Below are positions 46,510-56,886 of a stretch of DNA of 64,000 nucleotides, one piece after another. The notes beneath the pieces are model-generated. The model saw only the letters and a list, made by a program, of their open reading frames with translations, was not told the origin of the DNA and searched no databases. Made by a program: the position numbers and the translations under genes. Each line of letters opens with the position of its first letter. Position 1 is the stretch's first letter. The stretch lies in the IMG/VR virus record IMGVR_UViG_3300030616_000018; one strand, 5' to 3'. Source of the DNA: an uncultured virus (IMG/VR IMGVR_UViG_3300030616_000018). Its lineage: Duplodnaviria > Heunggongvirae > Uroviricota > Caudoviricetes.

Positions 46510-46953
46510 ATGGTTATGAATCCAGAAAACGAGAATCTTGCTGTCAAAGCATTTCATCAAATACTAGGTGATACGTTTGAAACAGTGTTAAAAGAACGAG
46601 TCATCTCGTTAATAAAAGAATGCAATTCATGGGCAGATTGTTATAAACTTTTAATGATAGCAGATAAGGATGGTAATAAACTAACTAAAATTAATATATC
46701 ATTTAACCCTTTAGAATTATTATATAACCCTAATGATGATGAAAATGATTCAGATGTACAATGGTCACAATCTACTAATCGAGAGAGTATGTCTCTTACA
46801 GAGTTCATTAAAGAATATATCTATGAAGAATTCATACTTGAATACGGACCAAATTATGACACGTCAGAAGTAACGCCTCTAATCATTAAGGAACTTGAAG
46901 ACTGTGTAAGAGAACTCAAAGAGACTTTTATACATAACGACCCGCTTGATTAA
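46510..46953 (+). CDS. hypothetical protein
   Basis: AAGGAG RBS. Confidence 0.6.
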   Translation: MVMNPENENLAVKAFHQILGDTFETVLKERVISLIKECNSWADCYKLLMIADKDGNKLTKINISFNPLELLYNPNDDENDSDVQWSQSTNRESMSLTEFIKEYIYEEFILEYGPNYDTSEVTPLIIKELEDCVRELKETFIHNDPLD

Positions 46954-47190
46954 AAAGTTTAACAGTTACTTGCCTGGAGAAGTTATCCTTTCCTTCTCTA
47001 TAGGTTGGCGCAGGGGTGGATTATTACCGTCTATAGACTTGCGGCCGAACAAAGGTAGCCTGCGCTGTAAATTTCTATTCTACCTTGTTCAATCCTTCAG
47101 GAAAGAACCTAAAGGGAGTTATCCTGAACCTAACAAAGTCTATATCCCTTAGCCCCTTCGGGGGCTTTTTTATTTAGTTTTCTCCTGATA

Positions 47191-47202
47191 TGTATAGAAA
47201 TA
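47191..47202 (+). promoter_or_regulatory. phage promoter-like motif
   Basis: TGTATAGAAATA right after terminator 47151-47170. Confidence 0.6.
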
Positions 47203-47243
47203 ATAAACACTATCTAACACTCAAATAAAAGGAGAATAAGATA

Positions 47244-47510
47244 ATGTTACAGAAAACTATCGGAATCTGGGCCTTGAAGAAATTCGGACCAAAACTAATC
47301 GATCGGATAGACGGCAATCGTAAGACGCCGTTTGTTCAACTCAAATTCGAGAATTGTAGCGGATGTCCGCTGCAACGATTGAATAACACTGTAACCATTG
47401 TTGACCGTACGGTCACCCATGTCGCGGACAACATCAAATTTAACGTAACATGGCTAATTGGTAAAGTGACACACATTACCAACGACCGAACGATAACAAT
47501 CAACGCCTAA
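47244..47510 (+). CDS. hypothetical protein
   Basis: AAGGAGA RBS. Confidence 0.55.
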   Translation: MLQKTIGIWALKKFGPKLIDRIDGNRKTPFVQLKFENCSGCPLQRLNNTVTIVDRTVTHVADNIKFNVTWLIGKVTHITNDRTITINA

Positions 47511-47794
47511 TTAGGTGAGAGTCCAGGTGGTACCTGAGAACCTCCGCCTGGTTGGGGGTTTTCTTTTTGCTTTGCTGCTTCTTTCTTTACAATTTGAGCA
47601 ACTCTCTGATTCATCCATTCCTGTGTTTCATTAGTGTCTGAAGCATCTGGATGTACACAATAATTTGCCCCTTGTCCTGCAGGGAAACTTCTAATTCTAT
47701 CTGCATCATGTGCAGTCAACATAACTAATACTGTTACATCTTTGGTATCGTATTCTAAATCGAGACCATCATTTCCCCTTACTATAACTTTCAT
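47507..47794 (-). CDS. hypothetical protein
   Basis: 95-aa ORF downstream of the tail fibre gene. Confidence 0.5.
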   Translation of the reverse strand: MKVIVRGNDGLDLEYDTKDVTVLVMLTAHDADRIRSFPAGQGANYCVHPDASDTNETQEWMNQRVAQIVKKEAAKQKENPQPGGGSQVPPGLSPN

Positions 47795-47814
47795 GCTATT
47801 CCTTTTTTTTATTC

Positions 47815-50800
47815 TTAAGCTTCTAATGCTTCTATTCTAGATGTTAAGTCATCTATTACTGTTTGTTGAGCGGTGCATGTGGCCGATAACTCTTGAACTG
47901 ATTTAATTAGAGGTGACACAAATTCTTCATATCTTAAACCATAATAATCGTCATCCTCATTATGTATATAACCACCAAACTCCTCTGTGGTCTTTCCATG
48001 TGCAGTAAGTGTAGATAATACTTCTTGTGATATTAAACCATAATGTGTTCTATGGTGAGTCATAGTACCTTCCTCTGTCTCACCACTAATTGGATCTACG
48101 TCTTCATAATCATAATCTTTAAACTTAAAAGAAACAGGATTAAGATCATTTATAAAGTCTAGACCTAAATCTGATGTAGTTATATTTTCTTTCTTTCTTT
48201 CATCAGATGATTGAATCGTTCCAGTATAAGCATAAACAGTATGCCATGCATAGCTAGCGTGCCCTAGGTTATAGGCATTAGTGATGCTCGGATAAAGGGC
48301 TGGTATATTAGGGGCAAATATAAGATACCTACCGCTTGCTGACGAATTAATATTATAGAAATAAGTTACAGCGCCAGCAGTACCATTCTGTAAATATGTT
48401 CCACCAGCACTATCTGGGTAAAAATATGAAGTGCGATTGTTAAGTGTGGATTTACTTGCAATGCCACCGCCTGCATATGTAGCCAGATGTGTAACATTAT
48501 CATAAGATAACTCGGTTTGTGCATCTGGATATACTTTTATTCCAGTATCAGTATATGTCTTACCTATCGCATAATATGATAACGTATCGCCACTACCTAA
48601 AGCCCAATATCCACCTTCATTGTTACCACTACTATCAAGAAAATTTAAACCAGTGGCCCATCCACCCGCCGATCCTTTTATAGAAACTATACCGGTGGAA
48701 GAATTAACTTGTACCTGTCTATCTCCTGGAAAATACGCTCCAGCAGCTAATGTATTTAATTTAGCAGTTCCTGTATGATAAAGTGAAGTTCCCGCATTTG
48801 GATCTATACGAACTCCTGCTTTATATGCAGTACTATCATTGAAACCACCAATCTCTATTATAGACCCATTTTCTTCTGACCAAAGATAAAACGCATCTGT
48901 GGCTACGGTAATCTTTGCATCTCCATGTTGACCATTTAAATGGATACCGGCACCCACACTTGATCCATCATCCATTGACATAAACGCTTTATTATTATTA
49001 TGATAGATTTCCGATGCTCCACCTGATTTACCAACAAAATGTAAGTTATTCTCCGTTAGACCACCAAATAACTTAATACTGTTATCGTCATCATCAGCGA
49101 CAAAATGACCACCATATGTATTATCTTCACTAAGAATACGAAGACCCGCTTCATTAGAAGTAGCGTTTACAAACCCCTCAAGAGTTTTGATACTACCAGA
49201 ATAAAGCTCATCATGCCTGTGAAGATCAGTTAATCCGGCATCTGTTAGATCTGTTGCGTTAACATCACTAATATTATTTACTTCTGCTCCAGTTTCAATA
49301 CCAGTGAACTTAGTTAATTCAGTTGCTGTTAAGTGTTTATAATCTCCATCATTTAAACCTGTTAGATTATTATGTGTATCTGTTGTTCCAAGTTTAACCC
49401 AATCAGTTCCATTATAAGTATAGAGTACATCTTCATCTTCCACCCAACAAGCAGAACCTTCACTTACAGAAGTAAAATCCCAAGATGATCCATTCCACTC
49501 GCCAAATTCGTTGTCATGGCCTAACCATGCACCAGTTGCAGTTGGTGGAGCAGTACTAATAAGATACCGATCTCCCGTATTCGGACTACCAGGAGGAGCA
49601 TTCAAATCTTTATCTAATACACTTTCTTGCCAATCAAGCCCTGAGACAAGACCATCAACATAACCCTTAGTTACTAGGTTATCAGTTGCCGTTGGTGTTA
49701 CACCAGATACTACTCCAGTAAATGCTCGTGTTCCACCAACTAATGAATATTGCGTGTGATCATCATCACTACGTCCATCTAACGCCCCATGATCATGTTT
49801 ATGAAGAGCAGTCTGTCCACCATCTGTTAGAGCTGTTGCATTCGTATCATTGATATTATTTACTTCTGCTCCGGTTTCGACACCATCTAATTTGGTACCA
49901 TCTGTAGCGATATCTCGACCATCGACAGTTCCAGTAACATTTATACTACCAGCGACTGTTACATAAGTAGGATATACTTTAAGCGGGACATACCAAGATG
50001 GAGTCTCACTAACAGCTTGAGACGCTGATGTTATTTTAAAATCCCAACGACCAGCTGCTTGATCAAATACCCAATGACTAGCATATCCAGCTTCTGTAAT
50101 ACCCGCGCTAAATGTATTACCTACACGGATATTAAAGTTGCCACCACCATCATTAGATGTGATATGATGTTTACCACTTTCAAAAAATACTCCTTTATCG
50201 GCACCACCACTCGTTTCAATTCCAGCATTAGCGGTTAATAGACCATTCGCTTGATCTGCAACATCACTACGAAGAAAATTAGCACCTTCAACTCCATCTA
50301 ATAAGTCAGCGTTAAGACCTGATCCAGCACCATCATTACCCGAATGCCAAGCATCATTACCATCAATTGTTATTTTAGCCACATCATCATGGAATATATA
50401 ACGTTTAGATGTACTATCTGTGTTGACATCAATATAAAACGGTTTAGGATTACCATCAGTTGATTTAGCAGTAAACATATTACCAGTAGACGCTCCATGA
50501 AGTGTCATAAACTGTTCTGTAGTTCTACCAAATTTAACAGTTGTTGCAGAATGATCATTAGTAGGATTAAATGCAGTGAGTCCAGCATCAAACGTTATTA
50601 ATGCATCTGCCGTATCCGCTTCATTAGACTTCAACAGGTTATCAAGAACAAAAGTATCAAGTTTAGTACCATCTACAGCAATATCTCGACCGTCTATTGT
50701 GAAACTTTGCACATCTAGATTACCACCAAGCTGTGGTGTAGTGTCATCTATCAGATCACCCATTCCTCCCATAGAAGACAACTCTTCTGCAACATCTATA

Positions 50801-51144
50801 AATATAGCACAATCCCCTGCTGTTAGTGATCCAAACGTCACTGTGATTTGGGCTGTAGTATCATAGCTAATATTAGATGGTTCAACTAAATCCCCATCAT
50901 TATCATAACATATAACTATCAATTGGGTTGTGCCTAAATTATGTGTTATTACCCACGATGTCGATCCTGTTAATTGATTGTGTATATGCCTCCGAGTTCT
51001 ATTCGTTATCGGATACCAACTCAATGTACCATCAACATCAGTGAATACATATAATATATCGTTAACAAATGCTAACCGACCCTCAGTAGGGTTTACTGGA
51101 AAACTAAGTAATGATGGCAATACTGCCCCATGCAATTTAACCAT
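47815..51144 (-). CDS. long tail fibre with C-terminal peptidase S74 intramolecular chaperone
   Basis: WVITHNLG, DTTPQLGGNLD, repeated DGRDIA.DGTKLD, GSGLNADLLDG; SSDERKKENI...YGLISQEV...LRYEEFVSPLIKSVQEL. Confidence 0.88.
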   Translation of the reverse strand: MVKLHGAVLPSLLSFPVNPTEGRLAFVNDILYVFTDVDGTLSWYPITNRTRRHIHNQLTGSTSWVITHNLGTTQLIVICYDNDGDLVEPSNISYDTTAQITVTFGSLTAGDCAIFIDVAEELSSMGGMGDLIDDTTPQLGGNLDVQSFTIDGRDIAVDGTKLDTFVLDNLLKSNEADTADALITFDAGLTAFNPTNDHSATTVKFGRTTEQFMTLHGASTGNMFTAKSTDGNPKPFYIDVNTDSTSKRYIFHDDVAKITIDGNDAWHSGNDGAGSGLNADLLDGVEGANFLRSDVADQANGLLTANAGIETSGGADKGVFFESGKHHITSNDGGGNFNIRVGNTFSAGITEAGYASHWVFDQAAGRWDFKITSASQAVSETPSWYVPLKVYPTYVTVAGSINVTGTVDGRDIATDGTKLDGVETGAEVNNINDTNATALTDGGQTALHKHDHGALDGRSDDDHTQYSLVGGTRAFTGVVSGVTPTATDNLVTKGYVDGLVSGLDWQESVLDKDLNAPPGSPNTGDRYLISTAPPTATGAWLGHDNEFGEWNGSSWDFTSVSEGSACWVEDEDVLYTYNGTDWVKLGTTDTHNNLTGLNDGDYKHLTATELTKFTGIETGAEVNNISDVNATDLTDAGLTDLHRHDELYSGSIKTLEGFVNATSNEAGLRILSEDNTYGGHFVADDDDNSIKLFGGLTENNLHFVGKSGGASEIYHNNNKAFMSMDDGSSVGAGIHLNGQHGDAKITVATDAFYLWSEENGSIIEIGGFNDSTAYKAGVRIDPNAGTSLYHTGTAKLNTLAAGAYFPGDRQVQVNSSTGIVSIKGSAGGWATGLNFLDSSGNNEGGYWALGSGDTLSYYAIGKTYTDTGIKVYPDAQTELSYDNVTHLATYAGGGIASKSTLNNRTSYFYPDSAGGTYLQNGTAGAVTYFYNINSSASGRYLIFAPNIPALYPSITNAYNLGHASYAWHTVYAYTGTIQSSDERKKENITTSDLGLDFINDLNPVSFKFKDYDYEDVDPISGETEEGTMTHHRTHYGLISQEVLSTLTAHGKTTEEFGGYIHNEDDDYYGLRYEEFVSPLIKSVQELSATCTAQQTVIDDLTSRIEALEA

Positions 51145-51202
51145 AATAGTCTCACTTTAATATTTTAATTTCATTTTAATATTCCAAGGGATGAATTTTT
51201 AT

Positions 51203-51526
51203 TTAGATAATTATTATGTCTTTAAAACTTTTCTTTTTTTTATCTTCTCTTTCACCTGATCTTCTTTCTTTAAACCATTCAACAATTTCTATTCTTCCTG
51301 TTTTATCATCAATCTTTGTTATAATAGCGATCTTATATAGTCTCTGAAGACTTGATATGCCAGCATTAATTAATCTATTCGATAAAGTCTTGTCAGTCTT
51401 TAAATTGTCAATTATCTCTTCAATGAGTTTTTTACTTTCATGATCAACTTCTTTAGGAGTAATATGGAGTCTTAATGCTTTGAAAGCATCTTTATCTATC
51501 TCATACATAATACCTCTTACTACCAT
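51203..51526 (-). CDS. hypothetical protein with ERRSGER motif
   Basis: FKERRSGEREDK. Confidence 0.5.
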   Translation of the reverse strand: MVVRGIMYEIDKDAFKALRLHITPKEVDHESKKLIEEIIDNLKTDKTLSNRLINAGISSLQRLYKIAIITKIDDKTGRIEIVEWFKERRSGEREDKKKKSFKDIIII

Positions 51527-51786
51527 TACCCGTTAAATTTATCCCATTTACTACCGCCTGCTTTACTCTTAATAAAGTCATAGATACTCTGCACTGTATC
51601 TAGCTTTTCAGCTTCTTCATCAGAAATATCTATATCAGATTCTTCTTCTAATGACATAATAAGCTCGACCAAATCTAAAGAGTCAGCTCCTAAATCATCT
51701 ATGATATGTGCTTCAGGTACAATTTCTTCAAGATTAACTCCTAGCTTCTCAGAAATAACTTCATTAATCTTTTCAATCGGTGTCAT
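51526..51786 (-). CDS. acpP: acyl carrier protein
   Basis: [34 protein letters not shown] with phosphopantetheine Ser; start MTPIEK after AAGGAG. Confidence 0.92.
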   Translation of the reverse strand: MTPIEKINEVISEKLGVNLEEIVPEAHIIDDLGADSLDLVELIMSLEEESDIDISDEEAEKLDTVQSIYDFIKSKAGGSKWDKFNG

Positions 51787-51916
51787 ATTGACACTCCTTT
51801 TTAAATCACCTGAATAAACCAAAATAATCATAGTTTCCATTTTTTACACTAGGGGTTTAAAATAGGTGATTAATTTTTATTCGTTGTTGATTGATTCTTT
51901 TAGTTTTTAACTGTTA

Positions 51917-51928
51917 CATATAGAAATC
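51917..51928 (+). promoter_or_regulatory. phage promoter-like motif
   Basis: CATATAGAAATC. Confidence 0.6.
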
Positions 51929-51985
51929 GTTTATTCAATAAGAATAATGAGTATATTTTTTAAACCTTAAATAAGGAGGGAGAAT

Positions 51986-52384
51986 ATGGATGATGTTCAC
52001 AGAGAAATCGTTCGATTCATACAAACACGCGGTTTAGACAACATGATGGACTTGGCGTGGATGGTTCCAGATCTTGAAAAAGAGATTGGATCTGTTCTTG
52101 AATCTGTTCGAGAGATGAAAGATCCACAGAATCATAAACACAAACACAAGAACTATGCAACTCTGTATATGAGAAACAAAATGTATATGATTCTTCCATT
52201 AGCTCAATTCTTAATTGATTTGTGGGTATCTGGTCAAACACAAATTGTAATCGAAACAGTAAGACATATTCTCGAATGTGAAAAAAATCACGACAATCAT
52301 ACTTACTACATTGATTTGGCATGGGTGATAAATAAACTACGCCGAAACACTACCGGCGAAATATTAATGTACATTCATAATTAG
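51986..52384 (+). CDS. hypothetical protein
   Basis: AAGGAGGGAG RBS; hairpin 52382-52399. Confidence 0.6.
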   Translation: MDDVHREIVRFIQTRGLDNMMDLAWMVPDLEKEIGSVLESVREMKDPQNHKHKHKNYATLYMRNKMYMILPLAQFLIDLWVSGQTQIVIETVRHILECEKNHDNHTYYIDLAWVINKLRRNTTGEILMYIHN

Positions 52385-52407
52385 CCCTGAAAGGGGCTAT
52401 ATTCTTT

Positions 52408-53781
52408 TTACTTTATAATCTTCATCTCATCACCAATGCTGTATAATAATTCACCCACTCTAGACTTACATTCAGTTTGTAATTGAGTCATTCTGTTTGT
52501 TACTGAATCATGAGATATCCCTTCCATTTCAAATGACTTAGGTATATCAATTTCGTCCCAATTGCTGAATTTTATCCCATACTTATCTGGGTTTATATAA
52601 TGATCAGAATTGGGGTAAATTTTAAACATTACAGGATTTATACTTACAAGTTTATTATATTTGTGATTGATCTGTTTTGCCATCGTTAGAGTTTTATTAA
52701 ACTCTTCGTCTGTTTCTCCAGGCATTCCAACAATCAATCCCACCATAGCAACTATGCCTTGTTCTACAAGATTCTCTATTGCTTTTATTCCATCATCAGG
52801 AGATTGATCTTTAGCTTTATTCGCTAATTCTAGAACTTTAGGACTAAAGCTTTCAACGCCCAAATATACTTTGTCACATTGTGATCTCTTTAGTTCCCTT
52901 GTCCATTCCTTAGTTATCCTGCTCGGATGAGCCCAAACAGACCAAGTTGAAATGTTAGACTTTCTTATAACATCTGTAAAATCCATTGCTCTATCTAAAT
53001 TACTATTAAAGTTATCGTCATTAACTTCTAAGTATTTAAACCCAACATTACACATTAACTCAAGATATTGAGAGAATTCATCTACGTCACAGTTAACGTA
53101 TGGTCTTTTACTTGCACAGAACGTACAGTTAAATGGACAACCAAATGAAGTAACAGTCGCTATATGCCCTTTAGATAAATAAGAATCGATACGACTAAGT
53201 TTCGGCCAAGAGATGGTTTCTTTAAACTCTCCAGTAATTATCCCTGATGTTACTAACCCTTTAGATATATCTAACATTGGTTGACAACCATCATCTATAA
53301 CCATAACATCTGCTATTCCATTATCTAAAAATATTTGTAAAAGATTCTTAGATAAAGAGACATGATAACCACCAAATACAGTCTTAACATTTGAATTAAT
53401 GGTCTTGATATAGAGAGCAGATATTGCTAAATAAAAATAGGACACATTAGTAATTGAGAACCCTATTATATCATTATCTCTTAGATCAATCTTATCAATA
53501 TCATTCAGTATTTCAAGAATAATATTAGAATCTACGTCATTCAAATCCAACCCTTTTGTTAGTCCTCGACCAGTTTTATAATTCTCTATTGTCTTTACGA
53601 AGTTAGGCATATCGGGTATTTCTCTAACATAGGTAGGATCTAATGAATCATATAATTTAAACCAATAATCATAACACTTACTTTTCACACTATTATCTTC
53701 AAGGAATTGTCTAATGATCCATATACTAGAATGTCTTGTCTCTGTTAGAGAAGTGTTATTAACTGAGAATAAGTATATCAT
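52408..53781 (-). CDS. B12-binding radical SAM protein
   Basis: IIGFS...VFGGYH cobalamin domain, GCPFNCTFC, DDNF, LGVES, IVGMPGET. Confidence 0.88.
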   Translation of the reverse strand: MIYLFSVNNTSLTETRHSSIWIIRQFLEDNSVKSKCYDYWFKLYDSLDPTYVREIPDMPNFVKTIENYKTGRGLTKGLDLNDVDSNIILEILNDIDKIDLRDNDIIGFSITNVSYFYLAISALYIKTINSNVKTVFGGYHVSLSKNLLQIFLDNGIADVMVIDDGCQPMLDISKGLVTSGIITGEFKETISWPKLSRIDSYLSKGHIATVTSFGCPFNCTFCASKRPYVNCDVDEFSQYLELMCNVGFKYLEVNDDNFNSNLDRAMDFTDVIRKSNISTWSVWAHPSRITKEWTRELKRSQCDKVYLGVESFSPKVLELANKAKDQSPDDGIKAIENLVEQGIVAMVGLIVGMPGETDEEFNKTLTMAKQINHKYNKLVSINPVMFKIYPNSDHYINPDKYGIKFSNWDEIDIPKSFEMEGISHDSVTNRMTQLQTECKSRVGELLYSIGDEMKIIK

Positions 53782-53807
53782 TAAGAACCTTTAACTTTTA
53801 AAAATTA

Positions 53808-53819
53808 TATATAGAAATT
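53808..53819 (+). promoter_or_regulatory. phage promoter-like motif
   Basis: TATATAGAAATT. Confidence 0.65.
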
Positions 53820-53865
53820 ATTATACTGTACGCCAATTAAGGTGTACAAATATAAGGAGACTCGA

Positions 53866-54021
53866 ATGAAAGATGAAGACTTTGAAGAAATTGAAATATA
53901 CGGAATGAAATTCAAGATACTCAAAGTACCTAAATTCGTACCACTCGAAGTAGAACCATTCGTACCACTTGAAGTCGATGAGTTTAAACTACTCGAAGTG
54001 GATGAATTTAAACCCCTTTAA
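53866..54021 (+). CDS. 51-aa microprotein with 8-aa tandem repeats
   Basis: FVPLEVEP FVPLEVDE FKLLEVDE FKPL; own promoter, AAGGAGA RBS and UUCG terminator. Confidence 0.65.
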   Translation: MKDEDFEEIEIYGMKFKILKVPKFVPLEVEPFVPLEVDEFKLLEVDEFKPL

Positions 54022-54067
54022 GCTCTCACCCTCCCTTCGGGGAGTTTATTCTTGTTTTCAATCATTA

Positions 54068-54079
54068 TATATAGAAATA
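54068..54079 (+). promoter_or_regulatory. phage promoter-like motif
   Basis: TATATAGAAATA. Confidence 0.65.
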
Positions 54080-54124
54080 GTTAAGTCTATGTTAAACTAA
54101 CATATTAAATGAAAGGAGACACAT

Positions 54125-54418
54125 ATGTCGAATCAAGTAATCCCTGACGATCTGAAAGAACATATACTGAAGATCGGAGAGAGGGAGTACATTAAAGAAA
54201 GAGCTAAAGGAGTTATACAAGTATACTCCGATATCTCTGATGGCACAGAGTCACCCAATTATGAAACATTATATAATATCACAGTTCAAGAATGTATGGA
54301 CGATCAGGTAGCAATACCTAAACGTTCGGAACTCAATAAACTGTTGGTAGAGGCGATTAACGAATTGAGAGCAAGTAAAACTGTTCCAATGTCCGCGCTT
54401 AATATAGAGATCATATAA
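54125..54418 (+). CDS. hypothetical protein
   Basis: AAGGAGA RBS. Confidence 0.6.
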   Translation: MSNQVIPDDLKEHILKIGEREYIKERAKGVIQVYSDISDGTESPNYETLYNITVQECMDDQVAIPKRSELNKLLVEAINELRASKTVPMSALNIEII

Positions 54419-55010
54419 AGGAGAATAGTATGAAACATCATATAGATGAGATACCAATACCCAACTCGATAGATACATTCTTCGAACCAACTCCTGCATT
54501 TATAAAGATGCGGGAAGAAATGGAAGGTATAGCAAAAGGGGATATCGATCACATCGAACAGATGAACGATATATTCGACGCTATTGAAATATTAACATAA
54601 CTCTACAGGTACCTGTAAGGATACCCTGTGGGGTATTCTTTTTACCAGTTAGCATTCGATTCCACACAAAAGGTCTTCAAACGTTCTCTCACATTTACAT
54701 CTGTTCACTCGCAATTTCGGGGAAAGTTCGGGGAAGTCCCAGTGCCATTTCCGGGGCATCTGGGGCATACCTGGTGTTACTTTACAATTTCATTACCACT
54801 CGCAAAAATGCCGTTTATCCTCTGCCCTTGGGCAATTTAATTTTTTTAACAATTTTACAAAACGGGTCTAAATCTTGTATAATTAAAAATATAAAATAAT
54901 CCTATCATACCCCACACCGTCTTATTCAATTTGAATTTATACAAATAACCTGTTACCATCTGTTGTTACCTGTTGTCATGTGTAGTAATTACATGTATAG
55001 TAATTATTAC

Positions 55011-55478
55011 CTAATGTATATTATTAAGTCTCGTCTTATAGAATAAATAAGAGTTAGGTGATTGTTTTGTTTTAGTTATATGTTTGTCTATATCTACTTG
55101 TTTGAAGTTAGCTTTTTTATGTGCTTTTATAGAATTCATATTGTTTTTATTTATTACTGCATATAGACCTTTAGCTTGAGGATACTTTTTTAATAGTGTA
55201 GTAGATATAACATCTACTAACCCTTTACGTCTATATTTTTGATGGATTGCTATTTGAAAGAAATGTTTTATGTTTTGTTTAGATCCCCTTAATATTATTC
55301 CTGTTGATGCGGCGCGTTTTTGATCGTACAAGACTGTATACCAATCACTATGAGGAGTGTCAAACCTTACAGCTATATCGTACTCCTTGTTAGGTATATC
55401 TATAGTTTTATGAAATTTTCTATCGAGAGGAATTAGTTCTATGTTGGATGATTCGAATAAATTAGATACAGGAATCAT
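55011..55478 (-). CDS. GNAT-family acetyltransferase with MIPVSNLFE tag
   Basis: QIAIHQKYRRKGL motif A, N.NSIKAHKKANF motif B. Confidence 0.75.
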   Translation of the reverse strand: MIPVSNLFESSNIELIPLDRKFHKTIDIPNKEYDIAVRFDTPHSDWYTVLYDQKRAASTGIILRGSKQNIKHFFQIAIHQKYRRKGLVDVISTTLLKKYPQAKGLYAVINKNNMNSIKAHKKANFKQVDIDKHITKTKQSPNSYLFYKTRLNNIH

Positions 55479-55566
55479 TCTATTATTCCTTAAATACTTA
55501 TAATTGCTACAATGAATGTTAATAAGATTATTAGTGTTCCAGTTAGATATAGTTCTCTTGGTGTCA

Positions 55567-55802
55567 TTACATTTTGATCCTACTTAGCATAGTTTTAGAG
55601 CCTGATATTAAAGATCCCTTTCGTTTTGGATCTTTTACTGCGCGCGATTTCTTCGCCATCAGATCACCTAAGTTTACCGTTCCGAAGTCTTTTGTATCCT
55701 GTGTCTTACCAGTTCTACTTATGTTTCCTAGATGTCTCATGAACTTTGTTTCTCTTTCTTTCCATTCTCTCACTTCGAATAACCCAGATATATAGAAATC
55801 AT
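55567..55802 (-). pseudogene. tag-family gene with a 2-nt (TA) insertion near the start
   Basis: ATG ATT TCT ATA [TA] TCT GGG TTA TTC GAA GTG AGA GAA TGG = MISISGLFEVREW once TA is removed; GGAGA RBS at the ATG. Confidence 0.6.
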
Positions 55803-55826
55803 AAGTCTAATTCTCCGATCAATATA

Positions 55827-56039
55827 TTATCCTTTTTTAAACATTGCTTGAGATGTTTTAAATATCCATTGAGCCTGGTCTTTAGAAAAACCGTTATTCT
55901 CTTCACATGATTTCTTCATACCCAATGCCATCTTATGTATATCTCCACCCTTCTTTTTGGTGGCGCCAATTATTGCCTTTAATGTACCCTTTGCATTATC
56001 TGTTGCGTTTTCTTCTAATATTCTTGTGATAGATATCAT
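55827..56039 (-). CDS. small protein with MISITRILE tag
   Basis: tag family member. Confidence 0.6.
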   Translation of the reverse strand: MISITRILEENATDNAKGTLKAIIGATKKKGGDIHKMALGMKKSCEENNGFSKDQAQWIFKTSQAMFKKG

Positions 56040-56051
56040 TTTAATTCTCCC

Positions 56052-56855
56052 CTATACTTTAATTTTATGAGATGCATCTTTAGCAGCTTCTCTACTCCTC
56101 TTTATTAACGAAGCAACACCTTTAAGTTTATCTATAGCACTACCGGTTTCTCCAGTCTTTTCAAAATCATCTTTTGCTGTTTCTAATTTCTCACTACCAC
56201 GTCTGATACCTTTATCACTTTTCTTTTCTTCTTTTCTGATATCACGTCTTGATTTATCTTTAATATAAGAATCTTCACCGGTGGCCTTTCTCATAGCCTT
56301 AAGCTTCTTACCTACACCATATGCTTTCGTAGTAAAATCCGTTAATTTCTTTTCTCTTCTTAAGACTTCAGGAGACATATGCTTACCAATCACTTTGTTC
56401 TTTTTGTTGACAAAAGTCATTGCTCCAGGAGCACCTACTGGCAGTTGAGCTCTGCCCTTTTTAACAGCAGATGATAACTCGTCTGCTTCATGTCTTCGAA
56501 GGAGAGGCCCTTCTTTCTTCAAGTCTGATTTTTTAAGATGTACACCAGTCTTTAATCCAACTATAGTTCTGAAAGGAACTGAGTTTCCTTTAGGCATATT
56601 TACACCTTTACCTAAAGGACTATCTACTGGCATAGCAAAAGGACCTGCTATATCAGATATTTTTGATTTCTTTATTTTATTACCTGTTTCCCTCAACTTG
56701 TAAGCAGTACCTTTATCAATACCTTTCATGTATTTTTTACCAGATCGAATAGATTTAGCTACTTTAAGTTTATCTATTCCTTTCTTACTAACATTACCAG
56801 CAGCAATCATTTTTTCTGCTTTATTAAGTTCAAATACAGCAGATATAGAAATCAT
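56052..56855 (-). CDS. lysine-rich protein with MISISAVFE tag
   Basis: tag family member; RRHEADE motif. Confidence 0.65.
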   Translation of the reverse strand: MISISAVFELNKAEKMIAAGNVSKKGIDKLKVAKSIRSGKKYMKGIDKGTAYKLRETGNKIKKSKISDIAGPFAMPVDSPLGKGVNMPKGNSVPFRTIVGLKTGVHLKKSDLKKEGPLLRRHEADELSSAVKKGRAQLPVGAPGAMTFVNKKNKVIGKHMSPEVLRREKKLTDFTTKAYGVGKKLKAMRKATGEDSYIKDKSRRDIRKEEKKSDKGIRRGSEKLETAKDDFEKTGETGSAIDKLKGVASLIKRSREAAKDASHKIKV

Positions 56856-56886
56856 TTTAATTTCCTTTTATTTTATGAGTAAGAAG

